This document shows, piece after piece, positions 7,827 through 18,459 of a stretch of 64,000 bases of DNA. Both the position numbers and the translations under genes were made by a program. Each line of letters starts with the position of its first letter. Position 1 is the stretch's first letter. Source of the DNA: an uncultured cyanobacterium. GTDB lineage: Bacteria > Cyanobacteriota > Cyanobacteriia > CAKZMO01. The stretch lies in assembly GCA_963719515.1 (NCBI GenBank), contig CAVRCJ010000003.1, forward strand, positions 256,001 through 320,000, given 5' to 3'. The notes below the pieces were generated by a model. The model made no database searches, was not told the origin of the DNA, and saw only the letters and a list, made by a program, of their open reading frames with translations.

Positions 7827-9335
7827 ATGCCCCTCACTTCTCCGATGGACGACTGGCTATTTCAGCTAGCCTTTGACAACGCCGCCATTGGTATAGCGAT
7901 GGTCATGCCCGATGGCCGGTGGCAAAAGGTGAACGCAGCCCTCTGCGACATTGTCGGCTACACCCCAGAAGAGCTCTATCAGCTCACCTTTCAAGATATC
8001 ACTCATCCCAATGACCTCGCCGCAGACCTAGACTATCTGCAGCAGACTCTCGCCGGGGAGCGCCAGAGCTACCAGATGGAGAAGCGCTATATTCACAAGC
8101 TCGGCCACACCATTTGGGTGCAGCTCAATGTCTCCCTGGCGCGAGATGAGAATGAAAAGCCGGTGTATTTCGTCTCGCAGCTTCAGGATATCAGCGATCG
8201 CAAACGTCTAGAAAAGGAAATTCGCGCCCGAGGGCGGCGGCTCAACGCCTTTTTCGAAGCGGCTTCAAGCGCCGGAGTCGGCTTCTGTATTTACGACGAG
8301 CAGCGGCGATACCTGCAGGTCAACCAGGCTTTGGCCAATATCAACGGAGCTTCTATCGAGGCCCACGAAAACCGAACGACCGCTGATGTTTTGTCCGACC
8401 TAGCTGTGATTATTGAGCCCTTGCTGGTGCAGGTACAAACCACCCGGCAGCCCATCTTGAACGTTGAAATCGTGGGGGAAACGCCACAAAACCCTGGCAA
8501 GGCCCTGACGTGGCTGGCGTCTTACTTCCCCATAAAAACCAGCCGTTCTCAGGCGCAAATCGGCGTGATTGTTGTAGACATCAGCGATCGCAAGCAGATG
8601 GAGCGCACGCTAAAAAACATTAACCAAGAGCTGGCCCGCTCAAACCGAGAGCTGGAAAACTTCGCCTACGTCGCCTCCCATGACCTGCAGGAGCCCCTGC
8701 GCAAGATTCAGGCCTTCGGCGATCGCCTGTATACAAAGTACGATGAGGCGCTAGATAAACGGGGGCAGGACTACCTGCGGCGCATGCGCAACGCCTCTGA
8801 GCGGATGCAGACCCTGATCAAAGACCTGCTGCGCTTCTCGCGCATCACCACCAAAACCCTGCCTCATAAGTCTGTCGACCTCAACCAAATTGTTGTTGGG
8901 GTACTCTCTGATTTAGAAGCCGCCATCGTCGAGCTCGACGGTAAAATCCAGGTCGGCCCGCTACCACCGGTCTATGCCGACTCGCTGCAGATGCGGCAGC
9001 TGTTTCAAAACTTGATTGGCAATGCCCTTAAGTTTCACCAGCCCGACCAGCCGCCAAGAATCGAAGTGTCTCAGGTGTCATCCGCCCAAGCCGACCAGGT
9101 CAGCATCGCGATCGCAGACAACGGCATTGGGTTTGACGAAAAATACATTGACCAAATTTTTGAGCCTTTTCAGCGGCTGCATGGCCGGCTAGAATATCCC
9201 GGCACCGGTATGGGTCTGGCAATCTGCCGCAAGATCATTGAGTATCATAGTGGTTCTATCCACACCAGCAGCGCTCCCAACCAGGGAACTACCATAACTG
9301 TGACGCTCCCGACTCATCCACAATCAACATCATGA
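7827..9335 (+). CDS. PAS/PAC sensor histidine kinase
   Basis: Two PAS domains (FQDITHPND, QDISDRK, VDISDRK); H-box ASHDLQEPLR; N-box FQNLIGNALKF; G boxes DNGIG and GTGMGL. Confidence 0.92.
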   Translation: MPLTSPMDDWLFQLAFDNAAIGIAMVMPDGRWQKVNAALCDIVGYTPEELYQLTFQDITHPNDLAADLDYLQQTLAGERQSYQMEKRYIHKLGHTIWVQLNVSLARDENEKPVYFVSQLQDISDRKRLEKEIRARGRRLNAFFEAASSAGVGFCIYDEQRRYLQVNQALANINGASIEAHENRTTADVLSDLAVIIEPLLVQVQTTRQPILNVEIVGETPQNPGKALTWLASYFPIKTSRSQAQIGVIVVDISDRKQMERTLKNINQELARSNRELENFAYVASHDLQEPLRKIQAFGDRLYTKYDEALDKRGQDYLRRMRNASERMQTLIKDLLRFSRITTKTLPHKSVDLNQIVVGVLSDLEAAIVELDGKIQVGPLPPVYADSLQMRQLFQNLIGNALKFHQPDQPPRIEVSQVSSAQADQVSIAIADNGIGFDEKYIDQIFEPFQRLHGRLEYPGTGMGLAICRKIIEYHSGSIHTSSAPNQGTTITVTLPTHPQSTS

Positions 9336-9793
9336 CCTCACGTTCGACACGCCCTGTTCCTATTTTGATGGCTGAAGATGATGAGGACGACCGCGTTCTA
9401 TTTCAAGACGCCTTAGAGGAAAGTCACCTCGCTAATCCTGTCTATTTTGCGAAGGATGGTGAGGAGCTGCTTGACTACCTGCATCGGCGAGGCGACTTTG
9501 CTGACCCTAAAACCTCGCCTCGCCCAGGTCTGATTTTGCTCGACCTCAACATGCCAAAGAAAGACGGACGGCAAGCCCTGTCCGAAATCAAGTCAGACCC
9601 AGGGCTGCAGTCGATTCCCATTGTTGTGCTGACAACCTCAAAAGAAGAGCGCGACGTGCTTCAGTCCTATGACTTAGGCGTCAACTCGTTTATCGTTAAG
9701 CCCGTCACGTTCATCAAGCTGATCGAAGTCGTTACCTTTATTGGCCATTACTGGCTCGAACTCGTAACGCTGCCAAATTCTCCAGACGGTTGA
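9332..9793 (+). CDS. Single-domain response regulator (Rcp1-like)
   Basis: ILMAEDD, LILLDLNMPKKDG, VLTTS, FIVKPV, YW near the C-terminus; ATGA overlap with the kinase. Confidence 0.92.
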   Translation: MTSRSTRPVPILMAEDDEDDRVLFQDALEESHLANPVYFAKDGEELLDYLHRRGDFADPKTSPRPGLILLDLNMPKKDGRQALSEIKSDPGLQSIPIVVLTTSKEERDVLQSYDLGVNSFIVKPVTFIKLIEVVTFIGHYWLELVTLPNSPDG

Positions 9794-9911
9794 GCTGATC
9801 GCAGCTGAGTACGGACTTTCGCTCTTTTTAAAAAAGATATTTAAATTTCGTACCCTCCTAATTTTTTGTGTGTATGCTGAATACACATTCGGAGAGTCTT
9901 CTCGCTCCGCC

Positions 9912-11279
9912 ATGAGCAAGCTAATTCCTAACAACAGCCGCCAGCCGGGCCAATCTGGCGCATTCTCCCCTAGCGAGATACCCGCTTCCACCCAAAGCGG
10001 CCCACTTTTAGAGTCAAATCGCCTTGATAACAGCAGCTTGAGGTCAGACTTTCCCAGCAGTTCGTCTATCTTCGCATCCTCTGCTCGTTTGTCCCGCAGC
10101 ATAGGGCCCCTCAGGCTGCTGTTGGTCGAAGACGATGAAGATGACTATATTTTGATTAAAGACCTGTTGTCGGATCTGGAGGAGCCTGGCTTTACCCTGG
10201 ACTGGGTGCCGACGTTCAAGGCCGCCCTTGAGATGCTAGAGCGCCAGGCCCACGACGCCTATTTAGTAGACTATCGCCTGGGGGCGCAGGATGGTCTGAA
10301 GCTGATGAGCGCGATTCAGGAAAGGCACCACGCGCCAGTCATCATTTTAAGCGGGCAGGGAAGCCGGGATCTAGATATTGAGGCGCTTAAGCTAGGCGCT
10401 AGTGATTACGTCGATAAATCCAATCTGCACGCGTCCCTCTTGGAGCACTATATTCGGGCTTCTGTTGAGCGCAACGAGGCGCTACAGGCGCTCAGGGAAA
10501 GCGAGCAGCGCTATCGGAAGCTATTTAAGCAAGAGAGGCTCCTGAGGCGGCAGCTCAGCGAGTCGAATGCCGACCTAGAGCAGTTTGCGTTTATTGCCTC
10601 TCACGACCTGCGGGAACCGCTGAGGGCGATCGCCGGTCATGCCTATCTGCTCATGGATGAATATGGCGATCGGTTTGATGAGACGGCTACAGAATACGTC
10701 GCCTTCATTACCGACGGCGTTCAGCGAATGCAGAGCCTGATTCGCGATCTGCTGGGGTTTTCTCGGCTACAGGCTACCCCAATCGATCTCGCTGTGATAG
10801 CAGACTGCGATCAGGCAGTGCAAAATGCCCTCACCAATCTCCAGTCCGCCATTATTGAGAGCAACGCCGTCATCACCTGTGAGGCGCTGCCAGCGGTAGG
10901 CGGCGATCTCTCTCAGATTACGCGGCTTTTTCAGAACCTGATTGACAACGCGATCAAATTTAGACAGCCTGACCTACAGCCCTGTATCAACGTCACCGTA
11001 AGGCCTATTACCGACGAGACTCCTACGTCGGGGGCGGATCCAGCCGCAATCTGTTGGCAGTTCAGCGTCGCCGACAACGGCATCGGCGTTGAGTCAGAGT
11101 ACGTTGACTACGTTTTTAAGGCGTTTAAGCGACTTCACACTCACCAAGAAATACCAGGGACCGGAATTGGCCTTGCAGCCTGCCAGCACATCGTTCATCG
11201 ACACGGCGGCGATATCTGGTTGGAGTCTGAGCTTGGCCAGGGAAGTACGGTGCATTTCACCTTAAGAAATTCTATATAG
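9912..11279 (+). CDS. Hybrid receiver-histidine kinase (start uncertain)
   Basis: LLLVEDDEDD...LVDYRLG receiver, then ASHDLREPLR, FQNLIDNAIKF, DNGIG, GTGIGL. Confidence 0.88.
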   Translation: MSKLIPNNSRQPGQSGAFSPSEIPASTQSGPLLESNRLDNSSLRSDFPSSSSIFASSARLSRSIGPLRLLLVEDDEDDYILIKDLLSDLEEPGFTLDWVPTFKAALEMLERQAHDAYLVDYRLGAQDGLKLMSAIQERHHAPVIILSGQGSRDLDIEALKLGASDYVDKSNLHASLLEHYIRASVERNEALQALRESEQRYRKLFKQERLLRRQLSESNADLEQFAFIASHDLREPLRAIAGHAYLLMDEYGDRFDETATEYVAFITDGVQRMQSLIRDLLGFSRLQATPIDLAVIADCDQAVQNALTNLQSAIIESNAVITCEALPAVGGDLSQITRLFQNLIDNAIKFRQPDLQPCINVTVRPITDETPTSGADPAAICWQFSVADNGIGVESEYVDYVFKAFKRLHTHQEIPGTGIGLAACQHIVHRHGGDIWLESELGQGSTVHFTLRNSI

Positions 11280-11559
11280 CTGCAGCTTGTAAACAATTTG
11301 TTTTAATACTTCCCAGAGGCTGGGAAACCCCCTGTGGAAAGCTGCTCTAGGAATTTAGATGGCGCTGGATGGCCTTAAGAAAAGTGCTTATACTCTTCTA
11401 TGTTAAGGCAGCATTTCTTTGTGTTAATCAATGTCTCTTTTTATCAAGAGAACCCCACCTTCATTCTTGTTAGGCTAAAGCTTCAGTTGATAAAGATTGG
11501 CCGAAGTACAGGCTATCAACGCAGATGCAACCGTCCGGCCCCTTACTCAGACCTGTAAT

Positions 11560-12006
11560 ATGACGTCCAGCTCATCTAGTCTTCTTCTTGTTGAGGATTC
11601 TGCCAGTGATGCTAGTCTCTTCAAACGCTACGCCCGCCGAAGCCGCCTCACGCATGAAATTAATTGGGTAGAGACAGGAGAACAAGCGCTAATGTACTTG
11701 CGGCAGGACGGTCCGTACCGTCAGGCCCCTCGCCCCAGCCTCATTGTTCTTGACCTTGACCTTCCCGGAATCGATGGTCAAGGCGTCCTTGCCATCATCA
11801 AGGCAGACCCGCTGCTGAGGCAGATTCCCGTGGTCGTATTCACCGGCTCTATGGATGAGGCCGACATCTGCAGAGCCTATGACCTCTACGCAAACTGCTA
11901 CCTCAAGAAGCCGCTAGAGGTTTACAACTATAGAGCAACGCTGGAGGCAATTGGAAATTTTTGGCTCAGTTTGGCCCTTTTGCCATCTGAAAGCTGCACA
12001 GCCTAG
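11560..12006 (+). CDS. Single-domain response regulator (Rcp1-like); alternative TTG start at 11497
   Basis: LLLVEDS, LIVLDLDLPGIDG, ANCYLKKP, NFW. Confidence 0.88.
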   Translation: MTSSSSSLLLVEDSASDASLFKRYARRSRLTHEINWVETGEQALMYLRQDGPYRQAPRPSLIVLDLDLPGIDGQGVLAIIKADPLLRQIPVVVFTGSMDEADICRAYDLYANCYLKKPLEVYNYRATLEAIGNFWLSLALLPSESCTA

Positions 12007-12033
12007 ACGCGCTGCTCGGTAAGATTCTAGAAT

Positions 12034-13152
12034 ATGCATTCTGACCTTTCCCCCTCTCAATCCGGTGATGCTATTTCACTGCTTCTCGTAGAAGATAGCG
12101 CTAGCGATGTCAGCTTGGTTCGCCGAATGCTGGAGCGATCGCGTCCTGACTACCAGGTTGACGGTGCAGTGCGGCTCGAAGAGGCGATCGCCCTAGCGCA
12201 GCACTATCGCTTCGACGTCGTCCTTCTCGACTTGAACCTGCCGGATTCAGATGGACTGGCCACCGTCGAGCAGTTTGTCTCAGCGGTTCACCTGCCCACC
12301 ATTATTTTAACGGTCCAAGATGATGAAGCGCTGGCGCTGCAGGCAATCAATAAAGGCGCTCAAGACTACCTCATTAAGGACGAAATCTCTCCAGAAATGC
12401 TGGTCCGCTCAATTCGCTACAGCATCGAGCGGGGACGGCTCATATCCCAAATTCAGGCCGCCAATGCTGAGCTAGAAGCGTTTAGCTATTCAGCCGCCCA
12501 TGACCTGAAGTCGCCGCTGCGAGGAATTGTCGGATTTGCGGATATTCTTTTGGCCGATGACGAAGAGATTGTTATCAACGCTGTTGCAGAAGGCTACGTT
12601 CGCTCTATCCGCAGCAGCGCCTTGTGTATGAGTACGCTAATTAACGATCTATTGGTCTACAGCCGCGTGAGCACTGACCGCATGCCGCTGACTGCGGTAG
12701 ACCTCAGCGACAGCATCAGCGGCGCTCTAGCGCAGCTGCAGGCCGATATTGACCAATCCCAAGCGACCGTCATTGTCGATGCCCCTTTTCCCCAGGTGGT
12801 CGGTCACGCCGCCATGCTGCAGCAGGCGATCGCTAACCTAGTCGGCAACGCAATCAAGTTTATTGAGCCAGACACACTGCCCAAAGTTCGCCTATGGGCG
12901 GAAGAGCGCCTGTGGCATGGAAAGCCTCGCGTCAGGCTATGGGTAGTAGACAACGGTATCGGCATCGCCCCTCAGCACCGCGAGCAGATCTTTCAGGTTT
13001 TTGAGCGCCTCAATCGCCACGAGAAATATTCAGGCAGCGGCATTGGCTTGGCCATTACCCAAAAGGCCGTTCATCGAATGGAGGGCGTCCTCGGCGTCGA
13101 GTCGAGGGTGAATCAGGGCAGTCAGTTTTGGCTTGAGCTGCCCAAGGCGTAG
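12034..13152 (+). CDS. Hybrid receiver-histidine kinase
   Basis: LLLVEDS...LLDLNLPDSDG...GAQDYLIK receiver; AAHDLKSPLR, NLVGNAIKF, DNGIG, GSGIGL. Confidence 0.9.
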   Translation: MHSDLSPSQSGDAISLLLVEDSASDVSLVRRMLERSRPDYQVDGAVRLEEAIALAQHYRFDVVLLDLNLPDSDGLATVEQFVSAVHLPTIILTVQDDEALALQAINKGAQDYLIKDEISPEMLVRSIRYSIERGRLISQIQAANAELEAFSYSAAHDLKSPLRGIVGFADILLADDEEIVINAVAEGYVRSIRSSALCMSTLINDLLVYSRVSTDRMPLTAVDLSDSISGALAQLQADIDQSQATVIVDAPFPQVVGHAAMLQQAIANLVGNAIKFIEPDTLPKVRLWAEERLWHGKPRVRLWVVDNGIGIAPQHREQIFQVFERLNRHEKYSGSGIGLAITQKAVHRMEGVLGVESRVNQGSQFWLELPKA

Positions 13153-13258
13153 CGGCAATGGCGAATCTATAGCTTTGGCCACGTCGCTTAGGCAAACCTA
13201 TTGAGTCAAGGCGCTGCGCTACAAAGGTGTGCAGCGCGCAATCTTCAAGTCGCTACCC

Positions 13259-13319
13259 TCTCAGCGCGTTGTCCTCTCAGCGCATCACCGTCTCAGCGCG
13301 TCACCGTCTTAGCGCGTCA
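13259..13319. repeat. Intergenic tandem repeat, about 4 x 16 bp
   Basis: TCTCAGCGCGTTGTCC / TCTCAGCGCATCACCG / TCTCAGCGCGTCACCG / TCTTAGCGCGTCA. Confidence 0.8.
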
Positions 13320-13676
13320 AGATATTGCAGCCGCAAGGCTGTTAGAACAAGCAGCGCCCTAGCCGCGATAATTTGCCAATCTGTTAAGCGGACTACGGCA
13401 GCCGGGCTTGGCTATGTGCCAATTAACTGTGACAAATCGCTGAAAGCTTCTTTCAGTCAAAGGTACAGCGATTTGTCGCGTTCCGGACGATTTTGCTCAT
13501 TTTTAGACAGTTGATAAACTCGCCGGTCTGCAACCTCATCCCATGGCGGTCCTGGAAATAATGGGGACAAGCCCAGAGGACAGCACTACTACCCACTCGT
13601 CATCCTGAATGTAGGTGCTTGATCTGGATTCCATAACCCCCACGAATCACAACACCCCATAACTTAGGACTAGACC

Positions 13677-14918
13677 ATGAAATCACTCCGCCAAATCGCA
13701 GCTCTCGCCGCAATTGCTACCACCGCCGCCGCTGGCGCGATCGCCGCCGTCGCCCCCTTCACGCCTAGCGTTGCCGCTCCCCTATTCGGTCAAAAAGAAG
13801 TTGACCAAAACAAGTTTGTGGCGATCGCCGCCCCCTTCGGACGCGACAACCACCAGCTTCTCGTCTTAGAGCAGGTTTCAAACCAGCGCTCCTGCTGGGA
13901 AGAGAGCGGCAGCACCCCCGCCGTTGTTGACCCACTGCTGACCACGTTTGATTTTACCGGCATCTGCGGTCGCAGCACCGACAGCAACGGCTACTCCATC
14001 CGCGTCGACGGTGAAGACCTAGGCCTTCAGTACAGCCTGCGGGTCATCGAGCGAGAAGGAGACCTGAAGCTGGTGGGTCGCCCCTTCCGTTTAGGGAGCG
14101 GCAGCGAGCTTGAAATTGGCAGCGCCAAGGGCACCGCAGACGGCTTCGTCAAGCTTAATCTCAATCCGGGCTGGCAGTTTGCCAAGCGCACCTATGAAGG
14201 ACAGACCCTAGGCCATGTGTACCTGAGCTACAACAGCGCTCTGCCGGGGATCAACCTTCCTGGGGAAGAGGCTACTCCCAGCTCCTTTACCTTCGCCGAC
14301 ACCGCTAGCGACATCTATGCTAGCGACATCGAAGCTGCCGTAGAGCTAGGGTTTGTCGCCGGCTTCTCTGAGGACAATACCTTCCGACCTCGCCAGAGCC
14401 TCACCCGCGAACAGCTAGTCTCCATCGTGGTCGAAGCGCTAGACACCCTGCCGGAGGCTGACGTTACGCTTTCCGCTCAGGTCGGCGCCAAGCCCTACCC
14501 TGATGTCGACGCCTCTCGCTGGAGCGCCGCCAAAATCAAGTTCGCCCGCGACAACAATATCATCAGCGGCTACCAAGACGGCACCTTCCGGCCTACCCAG
14601 ACCGTTACCCGCGCTGAGCTGATGGCCATCATGCGCCGGGCCGCTGAGTACAGCCAGGGCACGCAGTCAAACGTGGCGCTGTGGCCGACTCAAGACGCCT
14701 TTGAGTTCTCCGATGTTGAGGGTCACTGGGCCTCCCGCGTCGTGACCCAGATGTCCTCCTACTGCGGCGTAGCGTCTCCTCTCAACGAGTCGGGAACGGC
14801 CTTCTACCCCAACAGCGCTACTCAGCGTAACTATGCCGCTGCCGCAACGCTGCGCATGCTGGACTGTGTAGATGGCGACAGCGAAACTGAAACCGCAACG
14901 TCGATCAGCGCTCGCTAG
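13677..14918 (+). CDS. Secreted DUF3747 + S-layer homology (SLH) domain protein
   Basis: Signal peptide; DUF3747 motif VDPLLTTFDFTGICGRSTDSNGYSIR; SLH motifs FRPRQSLTREQ, GYQDGTFRP..VTRAE, FSDVEGHWA. Confidence 0.85.
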   Translation: MKSLRQIAALAAIATTAAAGAIAAVAPFTPSVAAPLFGQKEVDQNKFVAIAAPFGRDNHQLLVLEQVSNQRSCWEESGSTPAVVDPLLTTFDFTGICGRSTDSNGYSIRVDGEDLGLQYSLRVIEREGDLKLVGRPFRLGSGSELEIGSAKGTADGFVKLNLNPGWQFAKRTYEGQTLGHVYLSYNSALPGINLPGEEATPSSFTFADTASDIYASDIEAAVELGFVAGFSEDNTFRPRQSLTREQLVSIVVEALDTLPEADVTLSAQVGAKPYPDVDASRWSAAKIKFARDNNIISGYQDGTFRPTQTVTRAELMAIMRRAAEYSQGTQSNVALWPTQDAFEFSDVEGHWASRVVTQMSSYCGVASPLNESGTAFYPNSATQRNYAAAATLRMLDCVDGDSETETATSISAR

Positions 14919-14940
14919 TCTTCCGTTACGAAAACGCTTG

Positions 14941-14975
14941 ACGCCGCTAAGGAACCATTTCCTTAGCGGCGTTTC
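14941..14975 (+). terminator. Intrinsic terminator between convergent genes
   Basis: ACGCCGCTAAGGAA-ccat-TTCCTTAGCGGCGT, a 14-bp perfect stem followed by T-rich sequence. Confidence 0.8.
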
Positions 14976-15003
14976 TCTTCATTTGACCCAGACCAAGCAT
15001 TAA

Positions 15004-15330
15004 TTACGCCGACTTAGCAAGAGAATCCTCAAAGGTTTCTACAGAATCGTGAATCGTAAAGAGCTTGTCGGTATTGGTGAGATCTAAAACCATTTGGGTT
15101 TGCTCTTGGACCCCACATAGGGCGAAGATACCGCCTGCCTGCTGCACCCGCTTCTGCATTGAGAGCAGCAAACCTAGGCCTCGGCTGTCCATAAACATGA
15201 CATTTTTTAGGTCGATGGCAATGGTGCGCACGCCTTGATGCAAATTTCTAGCAGTCCAGCTCTCTAATGCCTCGGCGTCGGCGGCGCTGAGCAGATGGGT
15301 AAGCGGTTGATAGACTTTCATTCGCGTCAT
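15004..15330 (-). CDS. STAS-domain anti-sigma factor antagonist
   Basis: IDLKNVMFMDSRGLGLL. Confidence 0.88.
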   Translation of the reverse strand: MTRMKVYQPLTHLLSAADAEALESWTARNLHQGVRTIAIDLKNVMFMDSRGLGLLLSMQKRVQQAGGIFALCGVQEQTQMVLDLTNTDKLFTIHDSVETFEDSLAKSA

Positions 15331-15579
15331 GGTGTTGGGGCTGTTGTCGCGTCTCAGTGATCTGACTTGAGTCTGGAATTAATTTGAGTGTAGCGAGCTA
15401 CATCAGTGTTCCCATAGTGGAATGATAAATTTTGCCGAGGGATACATCACGAGAGCGCAAAGATTTAGGAGGACATGCGATCGCCTCTGAATGGTAAGTT
15501 CGGTATTTTTGGGGGTGTCGTCTATATCTGACGCGGGAATAGGTAGATTAGCCTTCGCTAAATCCTCGCTAAATTCCCT

Positions 15580-16299
15580 ATGTTGATGACCCAGCCCCCG
15601 CGAGTTTCCGACCTGCCCAGTCAAGACCGCCCTCGGGAGCGCCTGCTCAGCCAGGGCGCTCAGGCCCTCTCTACCGCAGAGCTGTTGGCCATTCTCGTCG
15701 CGACAGGTCAGGGCACCGGTAAGCTTTCCGCCGTTGGACTGGGTCAGCATATTCTGCAGGTCCTCGGTCGCCACCAGCAGGATGCCCTGGCCGTCTTGCG
15801 TCACGTCGCCCCTCAAGAATTGATGGCAATTCCGGGGATTGGCGAGGCCAAAGCTTCGAGCATTTTAGCCGCCATTGAGCTGGGGCGACGGGTACTCCAT
15901 ACTCGTCCCCCTATGGGCACCGTCATTGACGACCCGGCGATCGCTGCCGCCATTCTCAGCAACGATTTGATGTGGCAGCCTCAAGAACGCTTTGCCGTGC
16001 TGCTGCTCGACGTCAAGCACCGGGTAATCGGCTCTCAGGTGATCAGCGTCGGCACCGCGACGGAAACCTTGGCTCATCCCCGCGATATCTTTCGGGCCGT
16101 CATCCGCCATGGGGCTACCCGAGTGGTAGTCGCCCATAACCATCCATCAGGAAGCGTGGAGCCCAGTGCTGAGGACTTAGCGCTGACCCGCCAGCTCTTG
16201 TCGGGCGCAGATATTTTGGGCATTCCTCTCCTAGATCACCTGATTTTGGGAAATGGAACCTTTGTCAGCCTACGCCAAAAGACTGATCTTTGGGGTTGA
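15580..16299 (+). CDS. radC: RadC/JAB-domain protein
   Basis: DRPRERL, ELLAIL, GIGEAKA, AHNHPSG..EPSAED, LLDHLI. Confidence 0.92.
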   Translation: MLMTQPPRVSDLPSQDRPRERLLSQGAQALSTAELLAILVATGQGTGKLSAVGLGQHILQVLGRHQQDALAVLRHVAPQELMAIPGIGEAKASSILAAIELGRRVLHTRPPMGTVIDDPAIAAAILSNDLMWQPQERFAVLLLDVKHRVIGSQVISVGTATETLAHPRDIFRAVIRHGATRVVVAHNHPSGSVEPSAEDLALTRQLLSGADILGIPLLDHLILGNGTFVSLRQKTDLWG

Positions 16300-16503
16300 T
16301 TGCGGCGCGCAGCTGTTGCCTGGAAGGCACCGGCTACCCATAGGCCAGGGGCATAGCCGCCCTTAGGTTATATTAGGAGCGCGATCGCCCAAACAATGCA
16401 CGAAACTGTGGCAAGCTAAGAGTTGCCGCAGACGGAATCGTGTCCTATACTAGAGCCTCCAGTTTTATTAGATGCTGTATAGATTAAATTTGAGGAGGCT
16501 ATC

Positions 16504-16866
16504 ATTCCTGAGCAAATCACTCTAACCGTTAGCTTGAGAGGTACTCGCGACGCAAAAGAGAAGTACCAGCTGTTTCGGTTAGCTGGGCTCCTAGATGCGT
16601 TTTCTGAGCCAACCTTTCGCAAGGTGCTGAGCAAGTACATTGAAGACGGGCCCTCTGACGTAGTGCTCGACCTAAGCGGCATCGATTTCATCGATAGCTC
16701 TGGTCTGGGGGCACTGGTTCAGCTCGTCAAGAAAGCGCAGACGGCAGGGGGGAGTCTACAAATTGTCACGAACCCCAGAGTTACGCAAACCGTTAAGCTT
16801 GTGCGCCTAGAGAAGTTTCTGTCGCTACAGCCGACTGTTGACGACGCCTTGAAAAGTCTCAAATAG
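16504..16866 (+). CDS. STAS-domain anti-sigma factor antagonist (probable ATT start)
   Basis: LDLSGIDFIDSSGLGALV. SD GAGGAGG (16492-16498) sits 5 nt before the in-frame ATT at 16504; the ORF track uses TTG at 16534. Confidence 0.85.
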   Translation: MPEQITLTVSLRGTRDAKEKYQLFRLAGLLDAFSEPTFRKVLSKYIEDGPSDVVLDLSGIDFIDSSGLGALVQLVKKAQTAGGSLQIVTNPRVTQTVKLVRLEKFLSLQPTVDDALKSLK

Positions 16867-16959
16867 CTGCGTTCATCCTATTTACAGAGGTTTCACAGGC
16901 GCGATCACCTTCGTGCATCTTTGCTGTGACCTTGGCTGCCGCGTTCTCGCTATCGGGCT

Positions 16960-17328
16960 ATGTCAGTGGTAAACGCTAACCAGCTATCGCCTACTGCCCT
17001 AGCCTATATTGGTGATGCGGTGTACGAGCTATATATCAGGATGCGTTACTTATACCCTCCACAGCGCATTCAGTCCTATCATCGACGGGTTGTCGAGCAA
17101 GTTCGCGCTGAGGCACAAGCTCACCATCTACAGCAGCTTTTACCTCATTTAACCCCTCTTGAGAAGGACGTCACTCGGCGGGGTCGCAACGCGGCCTCCA
17201 ATCCGCCAAAGCGGGCCAGCTTCGATATCTACAGGCGAGCAACGGGGTTTGAAGCCCTAGTGGGATATCTCCACTTAACCGACCCCGAGAGACTTCAAGA
17301 GCTGCTGCTGCTGCTGTCGTTGGACTGA
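16960..17328 (+). CDS. mrnC: Mini-ribonuclease III
   Basis: LAYIGDAVYELYIR, RRGRN, YRRATGFEALVGYL. Confidence 0.9.
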   Translation: MSVVNANQLSPTALAYIGDAVYELYIRMRYLYPPQRIQSYHRRVVEQVRAEAQAHHLQQLLPHLTPLEKDVTRRGRNAASNPPKRASFDIYRRATGFEALVGYLHLTDPERLQELLLLLSLD

Positions 17329-17406
17329 CGGCTGAGGCGATCGCTCAAGAGCGTCCAGTTTTATCCCCTTTCATCGCGTCTATCCACAGAGTTGCAGCCT
17401 TATACC

Positions 17407-18459
17407 ATGACAGACTCTTCGTCCGATCGCCCCAAGCCCGTGCGTTCATCCAAACCAATACGACGGGCTAGACCTCAAGGGGCCAAGCCGTCAAGGCCCG
17501 GCGCTAAGAGTCGCCGCCCGTCTCATGGGGGCTCCTTTAAGCGCCCCGGCCTGCCCAAGCGGCGAGAGGGTCGGCAGCAGGATCGCCCTGACTCCTTCGA
17601 GTCCTCCTCCGCGCCGACTCCTGATTCTTCTGCGGCTCCGGCATCCTATGGCCCGGCTAGTACCCCACGCTCATCCCAGCCTGAAAATCCCGACTTGATC
17701 TATGGCTGTCACGCAGTCTTGGCGGCCCTGAACGGGGAGCGGACGCTTAACCGCGTGTGGATAACCGCTAAGCTGCGCTACGATCCCCGATTTCATATCC
17801 TTCTCAATCAGGCCAAAGAAGGGGGCACCGTCATTGACGAAGTCTCCCACCCGCGCCTGAATCAAATTGCCAATATCGACAATCATCAGGGGATAGTGGC
17901 CCAGGTTGCGCCCTACAACTACCTGGATCTTGGCGCGCTGATCGAAAAGTCTGCCGACGCTAAGCCTTACCCGGTTCTGGTCGTGGCTGATGGGATCACT
18001 GATCCCCACAATCTTGGGGCTATTATTCGCAGCGCAGAAGCCCTAGGCGCACAGGGCCTAGTAATTCCCCAACGCCGCGCAGCGGGCGTGACCTCCACCG
18101 TGGCTAAGGTCGCTGCCGGCGCGCTAGAGACCTTTCCTGTGGCACGGGTGGTCAATCTAAACCGCGCGTTAACGCAGTTTAAAGAAGCTGGGTACTGGCT
18201 TTACGGCGCTTCTTCAGAGGCAGATCAGTCCTTAGGGCAAACTACGTTTGATCGCCCCACGGTGATTGTGGTGGGCTCTGAGGGAACTGGATTGAGCCTG
18301 ATGGTGGAGAAATGCTGTGATATCCTCGTCTCTATTCCGCTCAGAGGAGCAACGCCGAGCCTCAATGCCTCGGTTGCTGCAGGGATTTTGCTCTACGAGG
18401 TTTGCCGGCAATGGACCAAAGCTCCGCTCCAATTGGGGGATTTACAAATCAAATCGTAA
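17407..18459 (+). CDS. rlmB: 23S rRNA Gm2251 2'-O-methyltransferase
   Basis: [35 protein letters not shown] (SPOUT fold). Confidence 0.92.
   Translation: MTDSSSDRPKPVRSSKPIRRARPQGAKPSRPGAKSRRPSHGGSFKRPGLPKRREGRQQDRPDSFESSSAPTPDSSAAPASYGPASTPRSSQPENPDLIYGCHAVLAALNGERTLNRVWITAKLRYDPRFHILLNQAKEGGTVIDEVSHPRLNQIANIDNHQGIVAQVAPYNYLDLGALIEKSADAKPYPVLVVADGITDPHNLGAIIRSAEALGAQGLVIPQRRAAGVTSTVAKVAAGALETFPVARVVNLNRALTQFKEAGYWLYGASSEADQSLGQTTFDRPTVIVVGSEGTGLSLMVEKCCDILVSIPLRGATPSLNASVAAGILLYEVCRQWTKAPLQLGDLQIKS

Noticed and set aside
13259..13319. Possible CRISPR array
   Set aside because: Units are contiguous 16-mers without unique spacers, and there are no cas genes in the window
15580..16299. radC as a marker of a mobile or anti-defence island
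   Set aside because: It is the full-length chromosomal form among core genes, with no integrase or other island genes
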